Shown here one piece after another: positions 8,380 through 10,157 of a stretch of DNA of 10,157 nucleotides; positions within the stretch are counted from its first letter, which is position 1, and the number at the start of each line of letters is the position of its first letter. The notes under the pieces are model-generated. The model worked only from the letters and a program-made list of their open reading frames with translations. It ran no database searches and was not told the DNA's origin. The position numbers and the translations under genes are program-made. Origin of the DNA: an uncultured Deinococcales bacterium (GTDB lineage: Bacteria; Deinococcota; Deinococci; Deinococcales; JAAFIG01). Where the stretch lies: positions 1 to 10,157 of the forward strand of contig CAXTKV010000190.1 of assembly GCA_964244895.1 (NCBI GenBank). The letters are read 5' to 3'.

Positions 8380-8924
8380 AGTTCGCCGCCGTCGCATTGT
8401 CATTGGTGCTCACCGTGCCGCTCGCGGTGTTCGCGCAAAACCCTCCAGGGTCGAATGCCAGTGCGCCCACTGCACCGTTGGGGGCGCAACCGATCACCGA
8501 TCTTCGCCGCGCCATCGAAGTGGTGGAACAGGCCAGGCGCTCGGTGATCGTCGTCGGTTCGAGCATCACCAGCCGCGAGTTCGCCAGCACGCTGATTGAC
8601 AAGGCGCGAGCGCTGCGTTCGGCGCAGAATCCGACCCCGATCAAGATCATCGTCGAACTGAGCAGGCAAAACCAGACGAACGAGCTGCTGATCAGGTTGT
8701 GGCGCTCGGCGGGGGTTGGGGTGCGCGGACAACGCGGTGTCCAATTCGCCGTCACCTACGTGGACGCCCTCAACACGGTGATCTCGAGCGAGATGCTCGG
8801 GTTGAAGCGACGGCGAGACGTTCCCGAAATGATCTACCTGAACATGCCGGGAATGGCGGCGCAGAACTCCGCCGTGATCGAGCGGTATTTCGGGGCATAC
8901 CCAGAACTCTGGAGGGCGCGATGA
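8376..8924 (+). CDS. Secreted protein, probable second and more degenerate PLD/Nuc-fold protein (182 aa)
   Basis: Start reassigned from 8259 to ATG 8376 (ATGA overlap plus AGGAGG). Signal peptide MKFAAVALSLVLTVPLAVFA|Q, Pro-rich linker, then VVEQARRSVIVV..ITSREFASTL..IKIIVE..AGVGVR. The HKD position reads QFAVTYVD (8742-8765). Confidence 0.62.
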   Translation: MKFAAVALSLVLTVPLAVFAQNPPGSNASAPTAPLGAQPITDLRRAIEVVEQARRSVIVVGSSITSREFASTLIDKARALRSAQNPTPIKIIVELSRQNQTNELLIRLWRSAGVGVRGQRGVQFAVTYVDALNTVISSEMLGLKRRRDVPEMIYLNMPGMAAQNSAVIERYFGAYPELWRAR

Positions 8925-9208
8925 AACTCGAAAAACGCATGATCGTCTACCTGGTTCTGGCGAGTGTGGTCGGTCTGTTTGCGACTTTCAACAAGGAGAA
9001 TGGCAGCATCTACATGGGCTTCATGATCCTTTCGTTCACGGTCATCACCGTGAGCGTTCGGTCAACTTACCTTCTGGTGCGTGACATCGCTCGCAAGTTT
9101 GAGGGCGATGCGAAGCACACGCTGCAACGCTCCACCAACTCGCAGCCGAAACGAGCGGGTTCAGAGGCTCACATTGGGGGAAATCATGGGCCTGCACCAG
9201 TCCGGTGA
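8921..9208 (+). CDS. Small hypothetical membrane protein with two TM segments (95 aa)
   Basis: Start reassigned from 8699 to ATG 8921 (ATGA overlap, GGAGG at 8911-8915). Two hydrophobic segments followed by a basic, polar tail. Confidence 0.6.
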   Translation: MKLEKRMIVYLVLASVVGLFATFNKENGSIYMGFMILSFTVITVSVRSTYLLVRDIARKFEGDAKHTLQRSTNSQPKRAGSEAHIGGNHGPAPVR

Positions 9209-9494
9209 CCCGATCACCGAAGCGGCAAACGCAACCAACCAGGTGATCCAAGACTTGCTCGGTCAATCTCAAGTCGTGGCTGAGCAAATCACCCAGCATC
9301 GCTACTGGAGTACGCTGCAAGACCGCACACATGGAGCGGCCAAAGCCAACCTGATCACAAATCTCGAGGCCCTGGGCGAGCGCGGCTGCGCTCTTTCGGA
9401 CGTGAAGGTGTGCCGCTTGGTGCTCATCAACCTCGAGTTCATGCTCGTCAATTTGAAGCTGTATGAAACGCCCAACGACATCGAAATCTGTTGA
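9186..9494 (+). CDS. Hypothetical small helical protein (about 102 aa, start uncertain)
   Basis: ORF 9081-9494. ATG 9186 is preceded by GGGGGA and overlaps the upstream gene by 23 bp. ATG 9108 is an alternative. Protein-like composition with amphipathic helices. No family recognised. Confidence 0.5.
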   Translation: MGLHQSGDPITEAANATNQVIQDLLGQSQVVAEQITQHRYWSTLQDRTHGAAKANLITNLEALGERGCALSDVKVCRLVLINLEFMLVNLKLYETPNDIEIC

Positions 9495-9642
9495 TTCCAC
9501 GCTGTAGAGGGCAATCCCAGGTGGCGATGGCTTTGATCGCGACCGCGCGACCGACTCCGCTCGCCGGGATCGAGTGCGTCGTGTGAGCTTCCTTCGTCGT
9601 TTCGTCGCCGACCACGCTCGCGCTTTTTCGGACTGCACACGG

Positions 9643-10155
9643 TCACAACCAGCGGAACGCCGAAGGAACACCACCGCGTCCAGGGCAGGTCAGCGCCTGA
9701 GCCTTCGCGTCGTACCCGATGGGCTGATCCCGGTACGAACACCTCGGGTGACGCTTCAAGTACGACGGTACAAGCGCCGAGAGTGTCACAGGCAGGGCTT
9801 TGTGCTCGAGCTTATACGCTCGAATTCCCAATTCCACCGCGAGAAACGCCCCAGCCACGCGTGCTGAGCAATCGATGTCAACCATAGTGCCAAGCTGAGC
9901 ATTCGCGGCGGCCCTCAGCACGACCCCGAGGCGATTTGAGCGGTTCGCAACTCCGGCGGTCTGGGCATCCCAGGTCGTCTTGAGGCCGTCGGAAGCATAG
10001 TCGCAGTCAGCCAGACGCACACTCGAGACTCGCGCGTCCTCGAGCAACCATTCGCGCGTCTCGCCAGGGTTCCAGCCCGGTGTTGACCACGCCGACTGGA
10101 ACAGCGTACTGACCGTACCGAAGTCAGGTCCGCTCCCGCTGACGGTGCGAAAAAA
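9643..10155 (-). CDS. 5'-truncated hypothetical protein with pseudopilin G (GspG)-like C-terminal motif
   Basis: Manual translation shows the frame stays open past 10047 to the window end (..FFRTVSGSGPDFGTVSTLFQSAWSTPGWNPGETREWLLEDAR..). C-terminus LGIRAYKLEHKALPVTLSALVPSYLKRHP matches the 'al..Y....g..P..L..Lvp.Yl...P' pattern. TGA at 9643-9645. Confidence 0.6.
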   Translation of the reverse strand, partial: FFRTVSGSGPDFGTVSTLFQSAWSTPGWNPGETREWLLEDARVSSVRLADCDYASDGLKTTWDAQTAGVANRSNRLGVVLRAAANAQLGTMVDIDCSARVAGAFLAVELGIRAYKLEHKALPVTLSALVPSYLKRHPRCSYRDQPIGYDAKAQALTCPGRGGVPSAFRWL

Positions 10156-10157
10156 GT

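Larger units (their letters stand above)
859..10044. repeat. Dispersed, highly iterated palindrome CTCGAG (about 33 copies)
   Basis: Hand-located starts: 859, 894, 1237, 1289, 1360, 1930, 1981, 2434, 2617, 3449, 3492, 3917, 4659, 5666, 6272, 6422, 6875, 6943, 7267, 7361, 7418, 7478, 7524, 7646, 7706, 7868, 8092, 8783, 9363, 9432, 9805, 10022, 10039. Confidence 0.85.

Noticed and set aside
8259..8920. Upstream starts at 8259 and 8699 given in the ORF track
   Set aside because: Each overlaps the preceding gene extensively. ATG 8376 and ATG 8921 have SD sites, ATGA coupling and sensible N-termini.
7825..8924. Calling the PLD-like genes active nucleases, defence enzymes or pseudogenes
   Set aside because: Catalytic His and Lys are absent, so activity is unsupported. 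The frames, signal peptides and coupling are intact, so pseudogene status is also unsupported.
9495..9642. Possible terminator, oriT or att site in the convergent intergenic gap (short repeats TTCGTCG x2, GCGACCG x2, weak CTCG/CGAG stem, TTTTT run)
   Set aside because: No strong stem directly followed by a U-tract and no recognisable nic consensus. The repeats are short enough to be chance in GC-rich DNA.
9045..9867. ORFs 9045-9674 (-), 9302-9742 (-) and 9574-9867 (+)
   Set aside because: They overlap better-supported genes on the opposite strand and have Arg/Ser-rich non-protein-like composition.
1..10157. Assigning the element as plasmid versus ICE, or naming the host
   Set aside because: No relaxase, replication gene, integrase or att site lies in the window. 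The Deinococcota hint rests only on composition and recollection.

Overview
GC-rich bacterial DNA (roughly 60-65% GC by eye). About 9.5 kb is one tightly packed + strand operon that looks like a compact conjugative type IV secretion (T4SS) locus. Gene order: VirB2-like pilin (5'-partial), VirB3-like membrane protein, VirB4 ATPase, a secreted VirB5/TrbJ-like helical protein, a VirB6/TrbL-like polytopic protein, then directly a VirD4/TraG-type coupling protein with a long C-terminal extension. No VirB7-VirB11 homologues are visible. Two signal-peptide-bearing phospholipase D (Nuc-like) fold proteins follow, both lacking the HxKxxxxD catalytic residues, then two small hypothetical genes. A convergent, 5'-truncated gene with a pseudopilin-G-like C-terminal motif ends the window. 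The palindrome CTCGAG occurs about 33 times (hand count, roughly 10-fold over expectation) in all reading frames. No relaxase, oriT, integrase, RNA gene or CRISPR array was seen. All family calls come from motif recognition and synteny, not database searches.
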